Assembly: GCA_963740315.1 (NCBI GenBank)
Contig: CAVUDP010000002.1
Location: forward strand, 32,001 to 96,000
Direction of reading: 5' to 3'
Origin: an uncultured cyanobacterium
GTDB taxonomy: Bacteria; Cyanobacteriota; Cyanobacteriia; Cyanobacteriales; Nostocaceae
Length of the DNA: 64,000 nucleotides
The position numbers were made by a program, and so were the translations under genes. The number at the start of each line of letters is the position of its first letter. The stretch's first letter is position 1. Positions 32,106-42,039 of the stretch are shown here, piece by piece. The notes under the pieces were generated by a model that did no database searches, was not told where the DNA came from, and saw only the letters and a list, made by a program, of their open reading frames with translations.

Positions 32106-35081
32106 TCATTGACAATTGATTTTTATCCGTCCAACTTGTCGATCGTAATTTGCTAAATGCTGTTGCAAATCTTTCCAGGTAATCCCTTCTAAACTAGGCA
32201 ATACTATGTGGGCTTTACCTACTCGCTCGTTGGGACCTAATCCTACTACTTTCATGTCAGCAGCAAGCCCCGCTTCTATTCCTGCTGCTGCGTCTTCTAC
32301 GACAATGCAGTTTTGAGGTGATACCCCTAACTTTTCGGCGGCGAATAAAAACAAATCTGGTGCTGGTTTGGATTTAGCTACACTGTAACCGTCGGCGATC
32401 GCTACAAATTTGTCGGCGATTCCCAAGCGTTCGATTACGGTGCGAGCGTTTTTACTCGAAGAACCCAATGCTATCTTAATCCCAGCTGCTTGCAATTGTT
32501 CTAATAATGCAGCTGCTCCGGGAAGCAAGTCGTTGGGTGTAATACTTTGCATCAGTTCGATGTAGTAATTATTTTTACGCTCCATCATGTCCTGAATCTG
32601 TGCTTCTGTTGCCGGACGACCTTGCAAAATAGCCATTAAGGATTCTCTACGCGGTATACCTCGTAAGCCTTCGTTAGCTTCTCTATTAAAGGGAATTCCT
32701 TCTTCATCTGCCAGCTTTTTCCAAGCTAAGTAATGAAATTCAGAAGTATCGGTAATTACTCCGTCTAAGTCGAAAATAATTCCTTCGATGGAAGTTGAAG
32801 ATTGAGAAGTGGAAGGTTGGGAGGAAGTAGAAATTGGAGTGGAAGAAACGGGAACGATCTCAACTTTCTTATCCTCGTCTCCTTGGTTCGCATTTAGATC
32901 GACTTGATACCAGCGATCGCGCCATTTTAAGCGGAATTTTAAACGTTTCCAATGGGAGGGAAGATTGGGATTAACGGTAATTCCATTTTCTGTAACTCTA
33001 ATTCCCGCAAATCCAAACACTACTGCTTGCCATACCCCACCAGCACTTGCTGCGTGAATTCCCTGAGTTGCATTACCGCGAACGTTGTCTAAATCTACCA
33101 AGGCTGCACGCATGAAATGAGTATAAGCAACGCTAGGGTTATTGAGGTCGCAAGCAATGATAGCGTTGATTGCCGGACCCAAAGATGAACCGTAAACGTG
33201 GTCGGTACGGGGTGTATAATAATCCCAGTTTGCAGCAATGGTTTTTAGATCGAAGCGATCGCGCATCATGTAAAACAGCATCAATACATCTGGCTGTTTG
33301 AGAATCTGTCTGGCTTGGGTTTCTTCAACTCCCAAAATACCCTGCATTGATTTATTGCGCGGTTCGTAATCGTCAAAGTTGACGTATTCTAAATCGTAGA
33401 AGCCGTCAAACTGTTCGATTAAACCCGTTTCCGAATCTTGATTTAAGTAGATATTTTTAGCAATAAAAGCAAAATTTTCCAACTTTTGCGGAGTTATATT
33501 TAGCTTCACTGCCAACTGTGTCGCTTTTTCGGGATAATTGTTTGTTAACCATTCCCACAATTCCCCTACAGTATTTAAATGCCAGCGTACCATGACATTA
33601 GTAAAGGCATTGTTATCAACCTGCTCGTGATTTTCATCGGGTCCGATAACGTTAAGAATATCGTAACTTAAACGCTGTTCGTTCCACGTAACTCTACTTT
33701 CCCAGAAAGCAGCAGTATCCAAAATCATTTCTGCGCCATAGTCGCACATCCATTGATTATCGCCGGTATGCTGCCAATAGTTCCAGCTAGCATAGGCAAT
33801 ATCTGCATTGATATGAATTTCTAAATCCCCGCACCAAATACGGACTAATTTACCGTTGGGATCGGGAACCCATTGGGGAGTTACTTCGTCTCCGGTGGTG
33901 GCGCTTTCCCAAGCAAACATTGCTCCTTTGTAACCCAGATTCTCGGCTTTGCGTCTGGCTCCGGGTAAAGTATGGTAGCGGTAGTTGAGCAGGTTACGCG
34001 CTAATATTGGTTGGGTAAAACTGAGTAAGGGAAGGATAAAAATTTCCGTATCCCAAAAGATATGTCCGCGATATTCAAAACCGGATAGAGTTTTGGGAGG
34101 AATACTAACTTTATCGTCGTGACGTGGTGTTGCAGCCAGGATTTGGAAGATATTGTAACGCACGCTCAATTGGGCTTTTTCGTCACCTTCAATAATCACA
34201 TCGCTATCAAGCCATACTCTTTCCCATGCTGCAATATGAGTTGCGAGTAAAGTGCTGTAGCTGGGTGCTTCTACTAAATCGATTAAAGCAATTTCTGCGG
34301 GAGTCGATGTTTCACGCGAAGTGTAAACCGCCACCATCTTTTCTACGCTTACCGTTTCTCCCGGCTGTATTTGAAAATGTTTCGTCAGAGATGGCTTGCA
34401 TTCAAATTCACGGGCAAAATTATCGGCTTCATTTTCTATAACCAACTTTGCAGCCATACCCAATTCAATTCCTGAGTGCAAAGTTTTACTATGCAGCCAA
34501 ATTATTTTATCCGTACCGCCTTCTTTAATAGTCTGCCAATGTTCGATTCCCAAAGTATGGGGTTTAGCTTCAAAAGCGGCGGTAACTTCAACTTCACCTG
34601 CATAATCTAAAGAAGTAATTTCGCACCGAATCGCTAAAAAGTGTTGGCTCGCTAAAGAAACAAAACGCTCAAAATGTAATTCTAAAGTATATCCCGACGG
34701 CGACTTCCAACGGATATCGCGGCTTAAAATACCCAAACGCATATCAAGAGTACGCTTGTATTCGAGTATCTCGCCTTTATCCATACCAAAAGTTTCGCCA
34801 GCTATCTTAATTGTCAAAGGTAGCCAGTTGGGACAATTTACGATTTCCGTTGCAGCGATCGCTACATCATCATATACACCATTAATAATTGTTCCCGAAT
34901 GCTCGTGGCTGTATCCTTCCTCAAAACTACCCCGTACTCCTAGATAACCATTACCAAGAGTAAAAACTGTTTCTTTATGATGTAATTCACCCGAATTAAA
35001 ACTTGTTTCTATAATTTCCCAGCCATTGGAATCATTAATTTGCTGAGATTGTTGAGAATTGTTAACTGATAAGCTTAACAT
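32106..35081 (-). CDS. GH65 disaccharide (kojibiose/trehalose/maltose) phosphorylase fused to beta-phosphoglucomutase (HAD)
   Basis: LGNGYLGVRG, YRGHIFWDTE, GPDE, KQPDV, HVYGSSLG; C-terminal FDLDGVITDT, KSKPAPD, VEDA. Confidence 0.92.
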   Translation of the reverse strand: MLSLSVNNSQQSQQINDSNGWEIIETSFNSGELHHKETVFTLGNGYLGVRGSFEEGYSHEHSGTIINGVYDDVAIAATEIVNCPNWLPLTIKIAGETFGMDKGEILEYKRTLDMRLGILSRDIRWKSPSGYTLELHFERFVSLASQHFLAIRCEITSLDYAGEVEVTAAFEAKPHTLGIEHWQTIKEGGTDKIIWLHSKTLHSGIELGMAAKLVIENEADNFAREFECKPSLTKHFQIQPGETVSVEKMVAVYTSRETSTPAEIALIDLVEAPSYSTLLATHIAAWERVWLDSDVIIEGDEKAQLSVRYNIFQILAATPRHDDKVSIPPKTLSGFEYRGHIFWDTEIFILPLLSFTQPILARNLLNYRYHTLPGARRKAENLGYKGAMFAWESATTGDEVTPQWVPDPNGKLVRIWCGDLEIHINADIAYASWNYWQHTGDNQWMCDYGAEMILDTAAFWESRVTWNEQRLSYDILNVIGPDENHEQVDNNAFTNVMVRWHLNTVGELWEWLTNNYPEKATQLAVKLNITPQKLENFAFIAKNIYLNQDSETGLIEQFDGFYDLEYVNFDDYEPRNKSMQGILGVEETQARQILKQPDVLMLFYMMRDRFDLKTIAANWDYYTPRTDHVYGSSLGPAINAIIACDLNNPSVAYTHFMRAALVDLDNVRGNATQGIHAASAGGVWQAVVFGFAGIRVTENGITVNPNLPSHWKRLKFRLKWRDRWYQVDLNANQGDEDKKVEIVPVSSTPISTSSQPSTSQSSTSIEGIIFDLDGVITDTSEFHYLAWKKLADEEGIPFNREANEGLRGIPRRESLMAILQGRPATEAQIQDMMERKNNYYIELMQSITPNDLLPGAAALLEQLQAAGIKIALGSSSKNARTVIERLGIADKFVAIADGYSVAKSKPAPDLFLFAAEKLGVSPQNCIVVEDAAAGIEAGLAADMKVVGLGPNERVGKAHIVLPSLEGITWKDLQQHLANYDRQVGRIKINCQ

Positions 35082-35230
35082 TATTTAATTAACCTCGGTT
35101 GCCTTGTACTGTGTTGGGATCGGATTGGATTTACGAAAAATATTTGTGGCGATTCTGTTTACTCGCGCCATTTGACTTGAATGCAGCAAAAATGCTTAGA
35201 AGCGGCATTCATAAAAATCTTTAATTGGAT

Positions 35231-35247
35231 ATTCCCCTATAGATAGA
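35231..35247. promoter_or_regulatory. Candidate regulatory motif ATTCCCCTATAGATAGA (copy 2)
   Basis: Identical to 793..809. Confidence 0.4.
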
Positions 35248-35522
35248 TTTGCTTAAGAAATTGTCCTTAAACCGGGAAAGCCGTAAAAAGATACTAATTG
35301 ACACATTTGCTTACTAAACGTACAAAACTACACATTTAGGACACAATCTGTCATATTTTCCAGTATCCCGAATGAGTAACCGGAATCTTTCGTATATGGC
35401 ACAGAATGTTTTAACACCATATTTTCGAGTTCAAATTACCAACTTTATGCTTCAATTTTTGACTTCTTTGCACAAAAGACTTAATTTGCTGACAAAGGTT
35501 TCGCTATTTTTACTTATTAATC

Positions 35523-36359
35523 GTGAACAAACTATTTGAAGAAGTAATCATCCAGAAAATAGGTATCGTAGGCATTGCTATTAACTTGAATTTAACCAGT
35601 ATAGGCTATCCGATAAAAGCGATACCTGCAAGGTGCGGCTTTCAACCAATTATAAAAGCTACTGGGGTAACAGTTTACTATAATAATCGCCAAGCGAGTA
35701 AAAAAGAATATATAACTGTAATTCAAGCTACAAAAGCGAAAATAGAAAATTTAACTGGTACTGTATTTAGTATTCCTGCGAGCAAAGTAAGTAAAAAAAC
35801 GCTCGCTGACTTTTGGCAAGAAGCTGTTAATAGTAATACATCATCCTTGAAAGCAAGAATTGTAATTAACGGGACATTTTTTTCTACCAAACAAGAACCG
35901 ACAGGAATCGCCTTTGGTTTAAAAGCGAGTGGTAAAATCATTACCTACGGTTACGGCATCGCCAACGAATATCCTGGAGAAATCCGCACGTTTTCGTTCA
36001 ATCCTCAAGCTGGTTTTGCCCAGATTCAACCTTATACTACACAATCATTTCGACGTTTTCCGGAAGTAATTGGCGCACTCGACGCAAACGCGAATAAAGC
36101 CGCAACAAAATATTTACCCAGAACCTTTGTAGGAGTGCGAGACGATAACGGCGATAATTTAAATGAAACGGTGATTTTCTATTCAAGTAATTATGCACGT
36201 CAGGTAGATGCTGGGAATGCATTAAAGTGCTTTGGTGCGAATAAGAGTGCAATGTTAGATGGTGGTGGAAGTACCGGAATTATAGTAGATGGGAAACCAT
36301 TGATAGATACAGGGAGAAAGATTCCTCATGCGATCGCGATTTTTGAGGGATTTATGTAG
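35523..36359 (+). CDS. Phosphodiester glycosidase (NAGPA/DUF2233-like) protein
   Basis: INGTFF, PRTFVG, MLDGGGST; start uncertain; the stop codon lies inside a REP. Confidence 0.75.
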   Translation: MNKLFEEVIIQKIGIVGIAINLNLTSIGYPIKAIPARCGFQPIIKATGVTVYYNNRQASKKEYITVIQATKAKIENLTGTVFSIPASKVSKKTLADFWQEAVNSNTSSLKARIVINGTFFSTKQEPTGIAFGLKASGKIITYGYGIANEYPGEIRTFSFNPQAGFAQIQPYTTQSFRRFPEVIGALDANANKAATKYLPRTFVGVRDDNGDNLNETVIFYSSNYARQVDAGNALKCFGANKSAMLDGGGSTGIIVDGKPLIDTGRKIPHAIAIFEGFM

Positions 36360-36537
36360 AGACGTAGCACTGCTACGTCTCCCGGAATTTTAGGTTGTAT
36401 AGAACATCTTGCGCCGATCGAATTATCAATTAAGTCCACACCGCCAGGGAATCAATTAAGAGTCTAATAGCGAAAGTTTTCTTAAGAGGACAGCGATGAT
36501 CTGCAATAATGTATTATTTAGAAGCAATGCCGAATTT

Positions 36538-36837
36538 TTAATCCTTATTTTCGTCATCTAATCTTTGATTCGCATTCGTAACTTTGAAAGTTAGTCTAAC
36601 TATTCCGTTAATAATTCCTTGTGCTGCTTCAACTTTTTCAACTGGTACCTTCCCAGAATATATTAATAGAATGCTGGCGAAACTAGCTATTGCACTTACC
36701 TTAAGTAAATTCAATCTAAAATCAAATATTGCACGCGCTTGACGAAGATTTTCTTGATTTTGTTTTGCTAGTTTACTTTGATTTTTCATCTCAGTTACCT
36801 GTAAAATTAACCTTACAATTCGATTAAATTCCGGCAA
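36538..36837 (-). CDS. Small 2-TM protein resembling the cyanobacterial TRADD-N-associated membrane domain
   Basis: E.LRQAR..F, hydrophobic hairpin ending SGKVP, and ANQRLD; recalled family pattern; divergent from the HTH-ATPase. Confidence 0.55.
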   Translation of the reverse strand: MPEFNRIVRLILQVTEMKNQSKLAKQNQENLRQARAIFDFRLNLLKVSAIASFASILLIYSGKVPVEKVEAAQGIINGIVRLTFKVTNANQRLDDENKD

Positions 36838-37089
36838 TGGTTGAGATATCGGATGAGCAGTAGTTGAGTTACGGACAACTTTTAGCTGATATTTAGGTGA
36901 ATTATTCGCGCTGGTAGTCTATTTCATTAATTTTTATAGGTTTGTAGTAAGGGCTTTAGCCCCTCCGGATTTGGGGCTTAAGCCCTTACTACGAACCTTT
37001 TTACCCAGCAAAATCAATGTGGTGGAATACTAGTATCAAAAATCGGTAGAATTTAAACAGTTTTCCGTTTTAATATTTAGTTTGAATTA

Positions 37090-38175
37090 ATGGCGCGATC
37101 GCAAAAAGTAGCCCCTGAGTATCTGCAACAAGTAAATTCTGCGTTGAAGCGTAATGGCTATCCCAGCAAGTCAAAATTTGCCGAACACGTAACGCCGTCA
37201 TTATCTACAGTGAAAAGCTTTTTCGCTGCCAAGCGGATTGATTTTGAGAATTTTGTCGAAATTTGCGAGAAACTAGGTTTAGACTGGCAAGAAATATCGG
37301 ATAAAGAGAGATTAGCAACGGATACCAACCCACCCATCGAGGAAACCTCACCCTTCATTACAGGTTCCCCTATCAACCATCCAAGCAGATTTTTTGGACG
37401 ACAAAAGGAACTCAAACGCTTATTTGGGATGCTCAAACGTCATCCTTTGCAAAACGCTGCAATTATTGGGAAAAGACGCATCGGTAAAACATCTCTGCTG
37501 CATTATCTGAAAAATATTACCGTTACACCCAAAGAAGAATTACGACAGCAACAAAAATCCGATTGGCTACCACATCCAGAAATTTACAAGTGGATATTTG
37601 TAGACTTTCAAGATTCACGCATGGCTAGTAGAGAAAATTTTTTAAATCATATTTTAGAAAATTTGAACTTGAAAATACCCACACCATGCGATTTAGATCA
37701 TTTTATGGATGTAGTTAGCGACAACTTAAAAAATCCTACCGTTATATTGCTCGATGAAATTGGTGTAGGTTTGCAACGCTGTGAAGAATTAGATGATGAA
37801 TTTTGGGAAAGTTTGCGTTCTTTAGCAACGAATCATACCGGGGGAAACCTCGCATTTATCTTAGCTACTCACGAGTCACCAACTGAATTAGCCCAAAGTA
37901 CCGGACATAGTTCGCCGTTTTTTAATATCTTTGGTTATACAGCGTATCTGGGAAATTTTACGGAAACAGAAGCACGAGAATTGATAGCGAATTCGGCGAT
38001 CGCTTTTCCTGAAGAAGATGTGGAATGGATTTTGCACGAAAGTCATTGCGTACCGTTATTGTTGCAAATTCTGTGTAGCGAAAGATTGTTTAGTTTAGAA
38101 GAAGGGGAAGGTGGTGAAGAATGGAAAGAAGAGGGGTTGTTGCAGATGAAGCCGTTTATTCATTTGTTGGAATAG
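37090..38175 (+). CDS. N-terminal HTH plus STAND/AAA-like P-loop ATPase
   Basis: HTH-like N-terminus (MARSQKVAPEY...EICEKLGLDWQEI), FFGRQKEL, Walker A GKRRIGKTS, Walker B ILLDE, SPFFNIF. Confidence 0.85.
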   Translation: MARSQKVAPEYLQQVNSALKRNGYPSKSKFAEHVTPSLSTVKSFFAAKRIDFENFVEICEKLGLDWQEISDKERLATDTNPPIEETSPFITGSPINHPSRFFGRQKELKRLFGMLKRHPLQNAAIIGKRRIGKTSLLHYLKNITVTPKEELRQQQKSDWLPHPEIYKWIFVDFQDSRMASRENFLNHILENLNLKIPTPCDLDHFMDVVSDNLKNPTVILLDEIGVGLQRCEELDDEFWESLRSLATNHTGGNLAFILATHESPTELAQSTGHSSPFFNIFGYTAYLGNFTETEARELIANSAIAFPEEDVEWILHESHCVPLLLQILCSERLFSLEEGEGGEEWKEEGLLQMKPFIHLLE

Positions 38176-38181
38176 TCATTT

Positions 38182-38484
38182 GTCATTGCGAGGAACGAAG
38201 CAATCGCAAAGTTAGGAGATTGCTTCACTCCGCTGTCGCTGCGTTCGCAATGACTGCTCTCGTTGTCATTGCGAGGAACGAAGCAATCACAGAGTCTGTG
38301 AAAACCAAAGTTAGGAGATTGCTTCACTCCGCTGTCGCTGCGTTCGCAATGACTGCTCTCGTTGTCATTGCGAGGAACGAAGCAATCACAGAGTCTGTGA
38401 AAACCAAAGTTAGGAGATTGCTTCACTCCGCTGTCGCTGCGTTCGCAATGACTAAATTGTCATTGCCAGTGAAACGAAGCAATC
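38182..38484. repeat. Tandem of 3 complete plus 1 partial palindromic elements (83/99-bp period)
   Basis: Cores GTCATTGCGAGG...GCAATGAC at 38182-38254, 38265-38353 and 38364-38452. Confidence 0.92.
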
Positions 38485-38542
38485 GCTGTAAACGTGTTAT
38501 TTTCTTCATAACTCTCTGCAAAATAGCAATCATGTCACCACC

Positions 38543-40894
38543 ATGACAACCCAACCCGACTACTCCAAAATCTACACCCACGCACCCGAACAACATCCCA
38601 ATCTAATACTGGGTAGTCTGCAATTGCTATTTTGGCTGTTCTTTCGTCCTACAGCTTTCCGCAATCATCTCAAACGAATTCATCCCGTATTTGAAAACAA
38701 CACCTCACTTATTACAGTTTTGCGAGAAGAATATGAAATCTTAGAGAACCAAGCAGTGCGGAAATTTATCCTACAGGGTTTTGTTATATTACCTGTTTTA
38801 GTAATAGTAATAGCGAATTTATCTTTAGTGGCATTAGGTATGCCATTACAAGAATTAATATCTTTATTCCTTATAAAGATGGTAGGAGAGGTGGAGGTCA
38901 GCATGGTGATCTGTATGGCTCTCGGCGTAGTAATCGGCGTGGCGATAAACGTAGAGGTTAGCATGGCAGTCAGTATTGCGCTTGGTATGGCAGTCAGTAT
39001 TGCATTCGGCGTAGCGCTTGCAGCACTCGGCATAAAGTTCAGCATGATACTCGGCATGGCGGTCAGCATGGCAATCGGCATGGCGGTCAGCCTAGCAAAA
39101 GATTTAGAACTCGGCGTTACAATCATAGCGCTCGGCATATGGCTTAGCGTGTGGGAGGGGGGCAACGGGTTTGGCGTGGCAGCAACCATACATTCCTGGC
39201 GACCGATTATTTTTCATCCATTGTTAATTACTTGGAACTTTTTGCTATACCGTTTCGAGCAAGGAAGAACTAGTAAAAAAACTAGTTTATTAGGCTTTCA
39301 TCCAGCTTTTTGGGATGAGTGGTTATACATACCGTTTCAGGGACTAGATAAGCATTTATTGCTAGTCATTGAACGAAACCCTGATGAAGGGAAAGCTGCA
39401 ATTAATTATCTATCAAAAACTCACCAACGCTGGGTAGTGCCAAAGGCGAAACAAGCTCTAGAAATTGAACTCAATGCCCAAATGTTAGAAGCTTGCCAAA
39501 GTGCAGATGATATTACTGAAATTGCATCAAAGCTTCAAGTTTCATCAGAAAGCCCTGTTGACAATATCTTAAATAACTTCAAAAGCATCAGCGAAGATAC
39601 AAAAGCAGCACTAAAACAAACTAGCAATTACAATCAAAGATTAGTACTTAAACCCATTTGCGAAAAACTTGAAGCACAAATTCAAGGACTTAACCGCAGC
39701 GATAATAAATATGCTCCTCGCTTCCAACCTATAGCTATAAAATGGCGCGATATAATCAGCAACCATATAGAAGAACTCGCCAAAGAAACCGAACTCCGCC
39801 AAGAAATAGATTCCCCCTACATCATAGGCGTACCTCTAACGCTTCAACAGCAAATATTCACCGGACGAGATGACATCGGAACCCGCATCGAACAACTACT
39901 TTTAGATCGTTGTCGCCCACCTCTGCTACTCTACGGGCAGCGTCGCATGGGTAAAACTTCTCTACTTAATAATCTGAAAAAGCTATTACCTAATTCGATT
40001 ATTCCCATGTTTGTAGACTTACAAGGCGCACCTTCATCAGCAAAAGATTCTACGGGTTTTCTCTTCAATCTTGCCAAACAGATGATAAATTCAGCTAAAC
40101 GTCAAAGTGCTTTAACTCTTCCACCCCTCAGCCGCGAAACTTTAGAAAATGACCCTTTTACTAATTTTGATGAATGGTTAGACAAGGTAGAAGAAACGTT
40201 AGAGCAAAACACTGCTTTACTAATGCTCGATGAATTTGAAGTCTTAGATAGCGCCATCAATAAAGGACGTTTTGATGAGGAAGATGTTTTAGGAATGCTG
40301 CGTAATTTAATCCAACATCGTCCCAAATTCAAGGTGTTAATTGCAGGTTCCCATACCATCGAAGAATATCAGCGTTGGGCTAGCTATCTTATTAACGTAC
40401 AAGTAGTACATATCAGTTATTTACTCGATCGCGAAGCCCGTCAATTAATAGAAAATCCCATAGAAGATTTTACTTTACGCTACGAAGCGGATGCTGTAGA
40501 ACGAATATTACAACTAACACGCTGTCATCCTTTCTTAGTGCAACTTTTATGTAGCGAACTTATAGCGCTTAAAAACGAACAAGATCCCTCAGTACGGCGA
40601 TTGGCGACTTTAACTGATGTGAAAGCAGCAATTCCAGAAGCTTTAAGTGTAGGTAGTTTCTTTTTTGCGGATATTCAAAATAACCAAGTTGATGCAACGG
40701 GATTAGAAATTCTTCGGTTTATTGCAGCGAAGGGAGAGAAAGCAGTAGTTAGTAAAGAAACTATAGCGCTAGAGTTTCAAGATAAAGATTACTCTAATGC
40801 TATGACGTTATTGTTGCAACGAGAATTGATTGAGGAAATAGAAGATGGTTATTGTTTTCAAGTTGAATTGATTCGGCAGTGGTTTGAGAAATAA
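38543..40894 (+). CDS. Membrane-anchored STAND/AAA-like ATPase with N-terminal TM repeat region
   Basis: GSLQLLFWLFFRP, GMAV/SMA TM repeats, SPYIIGVPL, FTGR, Walker A GQRRMGKTS, Walker B MLDEFE, HPFLVQL. Confidence 0.85.
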   Translation: MTTQPDYSKIYTHAPEQHPNLILGSLQLLFWLFFRPTAFRNHLKRIHPVFENNTSLITVLREEYEILENQAVRKFILQGFVILPVLVIVIANLSLVALGMPLQELISLFLIKMVGEVEVSMVICMALGVVIGVAINVEVSMAVSIALGMAVSIAFGVALAALGIKFSMILGMAVSMAIGMAVSLAKDLELGVTIIALGIWLSVWEGGNGFGVAATIHSWRPIIFHPLLITWNFLLYRFEQGRTSKKTSLLGFHPAFWDEWLYIPFQGLDKHLLLVIERNPDEGKAAINYLSKTHQRWVVPKAKQALEIELNAQMLEACQSADDITEIASKLQVSSESPVDNILNNFKSISEDTKAALKQTSNYNQRLVLKPICEKLEAQIQGLNRSDNKYAPRFQPIAIKWRDIISNHIEELAKETELRQEIDSPYIIGVPLTLQQQIFTGRDDIGTRIEQLLLDRCRPPLLLYGQRRMGKTSLLNNLKKLLPNSIIPMFVDLQGAPSSAKDSTGFLFNLAKQMINSAKRQSALTLPPLSRETLENDPFTNFDEWLDKVEETLEQNTALLMLDEFEVLDSAINKGRFDEEDVLGMLRNLIQHRPKFKVLIAGSHTIEEYQRWASYLINVQVVHISYLLDREARQLIENPIEDFTLRYEADAVERILQLTRCHPFLVQLLCSELIALKNEQDPSVRRLATLTDVKAAIPEALSVGSFFFADIQNNQVDATGLEILRFIAAKGEKAVVSKETIALEFQDKDYSNAMTLLLQRELIEEIEDGYCFQVELIRQWFEK

Positions 40895-40915
40895 TTTTGA
40901 AATAACACAATTTCA

Positions 40916-40993
40916 GGTTGATGGTGCGTGACGCTGCAAACCTTATTGCTACGTTCAAATTAACTGAATGCGTCACACACCCTACAAGAAAAA
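40916..40993. repeat. Palindromic repeat family C (GGTGCGTGACGC...GCGTCACACACCCTAC), copy 1
   Basis: Near-identical direct copy at 41936..42014; variant at 55541..55610. Confidence 0.8.
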
Positions 40994-41176
40994 TGTGTCA
41001 GTTGTGGGCATTCCTAGATTTATTTAAATTCATATAAATAACGTGCTAATTTATCGTTATACAATTTCTATAGAAAAATACGCTTAATTTAACCCCTGCC
41101 ACGGTGGGTTTCGCTTGTGTAGCCGTGGTTTCAACCGCCAGATAAAATCTAATATTACAACCCCCTATTTCTTTTA

Positions 41177-41557
41177 ATGAAAATATTATCGATCGTCTGT
41201 ACAACCGGATTTACACTAAGCGCGATCGCCATGTTATCCGCTTGTGGAAGTCGCACCACGATGGAAGCCTGCAATTTTGTTGAAATCGAAGATGCCGAAG
41301 TTGAAGTTGATTTCGGTGATGTTGATATCGAGCGCGGTGAAGTGGAAATGGTTTGCGGCGATAAAATTGTTGATGTGACTTGGGGACAATTTCGCAGAAG
41401 ACTTCGCATAGATCCCGGTAAATATAAAAATAATTTAGCAGCTTTTAAACGACAGGTAAGTTGTGTCAGAGATGAACGTTCCAGCAGAAAGGAAGTATTA
41501 TGTCAAGCTCCTGGATCTAATAATTTTGTCGCTTTGAATTTTAGTTATGACGATTGA
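41177..41557 (+). CDS. Hypothetical lipoprotein
   Basis: Lipobox LSAC, acidic beta-rich stretch, four further Cys residues. Confidence 0.7.
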   Translation: MKILSIVCTTGFTLSAIAMLSACGSRTTMEACNFVEIEDAEVEVDFGDVDIERGEVEMVCGDKIVDVTWGQFRRRLRIDPGKYKNNLAAFKRQVSCVRDERSSRKEVLCQAPGSNNFVALNFSYDD

Positions 41558-41571
41558 TCGAAAAATAATAA

Positions 41572-41768
41572 ATATTTTGGCGTTGCTGAATTAAGCTATG
41601 AATTATATTTGGTTACAATTTGTCGTAAACCAGAAACTATTGTAGAGACGTAGCAGTGCTACGTCTCCAACAATGTGAAATCACAACTTCACCCAACTGC
41701 CGAACGCAACGCCAATATTTTGTTTTAACCTTAATCCCTGGGAGACGTTGCAGTGCAACGTCTCTACA
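41572..41768. mobile_element. MITE-like element (TTGGCGTTGC...GCAACGCCAA ends) interleaved with a REP doublet
   Basis: Terminal inverted repeats at ~41577 and ~41706; REPs at 41642..41667 and 41742..41767. Confidence 0.5.
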
Positions 41769-41910
41769 TTGGTTTTCGTATTATTAATTAAATTGATTTG
41801 TATTCAAACAAAAAACATGATACTATAAAAAATATAATGGGAATAGGTGCGCCCATATATGGTCTGTTTTCTAAATAATCAACTGCTAAAAATCAATCAA
41901 ATCAATATTT

Positions 41911-42035
41911 CAGGACTTATGTTCTTGTCACAAATGGTTGATGGTGCGTGACGCTACGAATCTTATTGCTACGTTCAAATTTACGATGATGCGTCACACA
42001 CCCTACAAGAAAAACGTGCCTCTTTGCTAAGTCCT
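41911..42035. mobile_element. MITE-like element with AGGACTTA...TAAGTCCT ends enclosing a family C repeat
   Basis: Short terminal inverted repeats; CAGGACTTA also occurs near 10366 and 58933. Confidence 0.45.
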
Positions 42036-42039
42036 ATAT

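Noticed and set aside
38182..38484. CRISPR array
   Set aside because: Units are long palindromes with identical intervening sequence; there are no unique spacers and no cas genes
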